The translations under genes and the position numbers were made by a program. A stretch of 54,489 nucleotides of DNA from a virus. Lineage: Duplodnaviria > Caudoviricetes. The notes below the pieces were generated by a model. The model was given only the letters and a program-made list of their open reading frames with translations, did no database searches and was not told the origin of the DNA. Below are positions 53,578-54,489 of this stretch, in pieces; within the stretch, counting starts at the first letter, position 1; each line of letters starts with the position of its first letter. The stretch lies in IMG/VR virus record IMGVR_UViG_3300012952_000028, positions 1 through 54,489 of that record. One strand, given 5' to 3'.

Positions 53578-54489
53578 TTACTCGGCTGGTTTGAAGTTAG
53601 GATTTCTGGAATCCTTCCGGCTTTTGCCTTTCTTGCTCTTTTTTGGGCTTTTCCGTGGCGACAGCTCTTGTGAGGGGAGCCTGTAAGCCTCCGCCCCTTC
53701 CACGGTCCCCGCTGCCACTGCTTGAGAGAGGGGGTCTCTCAAATCCTCCTTAGCCAACATCGCCGCTCTCTCGCGTGCCTCTTTAAGGGCTTGAGCAGAC
53801 GGTTGGGGGGTAGGGGGTGGCGCGGATGGGGGGACCACGCTCTCCCTTTTAGGGGCGGCACGACTCGGTTCCGGTTCTGGCTCGGGTTCCGGTTCTGGCT
53901 CAGGTTCTGGCTCCGGTTCCGGTTCTGGCTCAGGTTCTGGCTCTTCCCACTTTTCAACCGGGGAGTCGAAGCTCACCTTACTCACTTGACTTGCCAATTC
54001 CTCGTCTTGCTGAGTTTGACGGACGGACTCCTCAATCTCTTCCTGAACTGCGCGACCCGCATCCACCAATGCGGTAATTTGCTGGGCCGTGACGCTTGGA
54101 TCTCCAGCAGCCCGCTTATCTAACTCTTCACGAAGGTTGGAAAGCCTTTCCTCAACACGGACAATCTCAGCCTTGAGGTCAGCAATAGAGTCTTTGGCGA
54201 TCTTGTCAGCAGTGTCGGTAATCTTTTGTACTAAATCCCCGTAGCGCGCAAACGCAACAGTGACCATCCCTCGGGACCACGTGTCGTTGATAATTCTGCG
54301 AATCGCAACGCTCTTAGGAATCTTTACAGCAGTTCCATTATCGAGGGTTTCCCCGGTTTCAATGGTCTTGACCTCACGAAGGTCTGTGTCATTAATTTGC
54401 ACAATGGCGCAAGCCAGGATGTCTGCGCGAAACTCATCGAAATATGAGAGGGCAGCTGACCGGCTGAGCTCATCATCATCTTCCAGACC
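53578..54489 (-). CDS. putative tail assembly chaperone-like protein with (PE)n tract, 5'-truncated by the window edge
   Basis: The frame stays open upstream of 54402 to the window end (GLEDDDELSRSAALSYFDEFRADILACAIVQIN...), so the true start is outside the window. Confidence 0.6.
   Translation of the reverse strand, partial: GLEDDDELSRSAALSYFDEFRADILACAIVQINDTDLREVKTIETGETLDNGTAVKIPKSVAIRRIINDTWSRGMVTVAFARYGDLVQKITDTADKIAKDSIADLKAEIVRVEERLSNLREELDKRAAGDPSVTAQQITALVDAGRAVQEEIEESVRQTQQDEELASQVSKVSFDSPVEKWEEPEPEPEPEPEPEPEPEPEPEPEPEPSRAAPKRESVVPPSAPPPTPQPSAQALKEARERAAMLAKEDLRDPLSQAVAAGTVEGAEAYRLPSQELSPRKSPKKSKKGKSRKDSRNPNFKPAE
53866..53943 (-). repeat. (Glu-Pro)n coding repeat
   Basis: Tandem hexamers (gagcca/gaacct/gaaccg) in frame. 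Confidence 0.85.

Noticed and set aside
1-54489. Stop-codon reassignment as seen in some large phages
   Set aside because: TAA, TAG and TGA all end well-formed genes, and coding density is high under the standard code.
38945-54489. Bacterial contractile injection system or tailocin locus instead of a phage
   Set aside because: Very large structural genes together with a tRNA, DNA-modification genes and many small orphan ORFs, and no housekeeping context, fit a large phage better. Capsid and terminase genes are not in this window, so this remains inference.

Overview
This window is a densely packed fragment of a large tailed phage genome (jumbo-phage-like, probably contractile-tailed), read in the standard genetic code. 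No integrase, att site, CRISPR array or rRNA is visible. The right half (about 23.7-54.5 kb, all minus strand) is a tail/baseplate module: two chaperone-like genes, a tape-measure-like protein, tube-initiator-like genes, a hub, a spike-like protein and a 3714-aa giant protein. The left half is accessory. It holds a Dam-family methyltransferase (partial), tRNA-Leu(UAA), a 1299-aa myxobacterial-style surface protein, a degenerate SET domain, glutamine synthetase II, DNA topoisomerase IB and an FmdB zinc ribbon. It also holds an unusual DNA-modification set: a TET/JBP dioxygenase, a catalytically degenerate N4/N6 methyltransferase and a beta-class methyltransferase split over three permuted genes. 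Envelope-protein signatures suggest a Myxococcota host (inference). The strongest candidate novelties are (1) the split/dead-methyltransferase plus TET/JBP set, with shared C-terminal clamp-like tails; (2) a recurrent R-[VL]-A-x-R-[FYH] peptide tag on unrelated proteins, including Topo IB, in operons behind a shared promoter-like motif; and (3) a phage-borne TraA/TraB-like fused adhesin. All calls come from motif recognition by eye; no database search was run.
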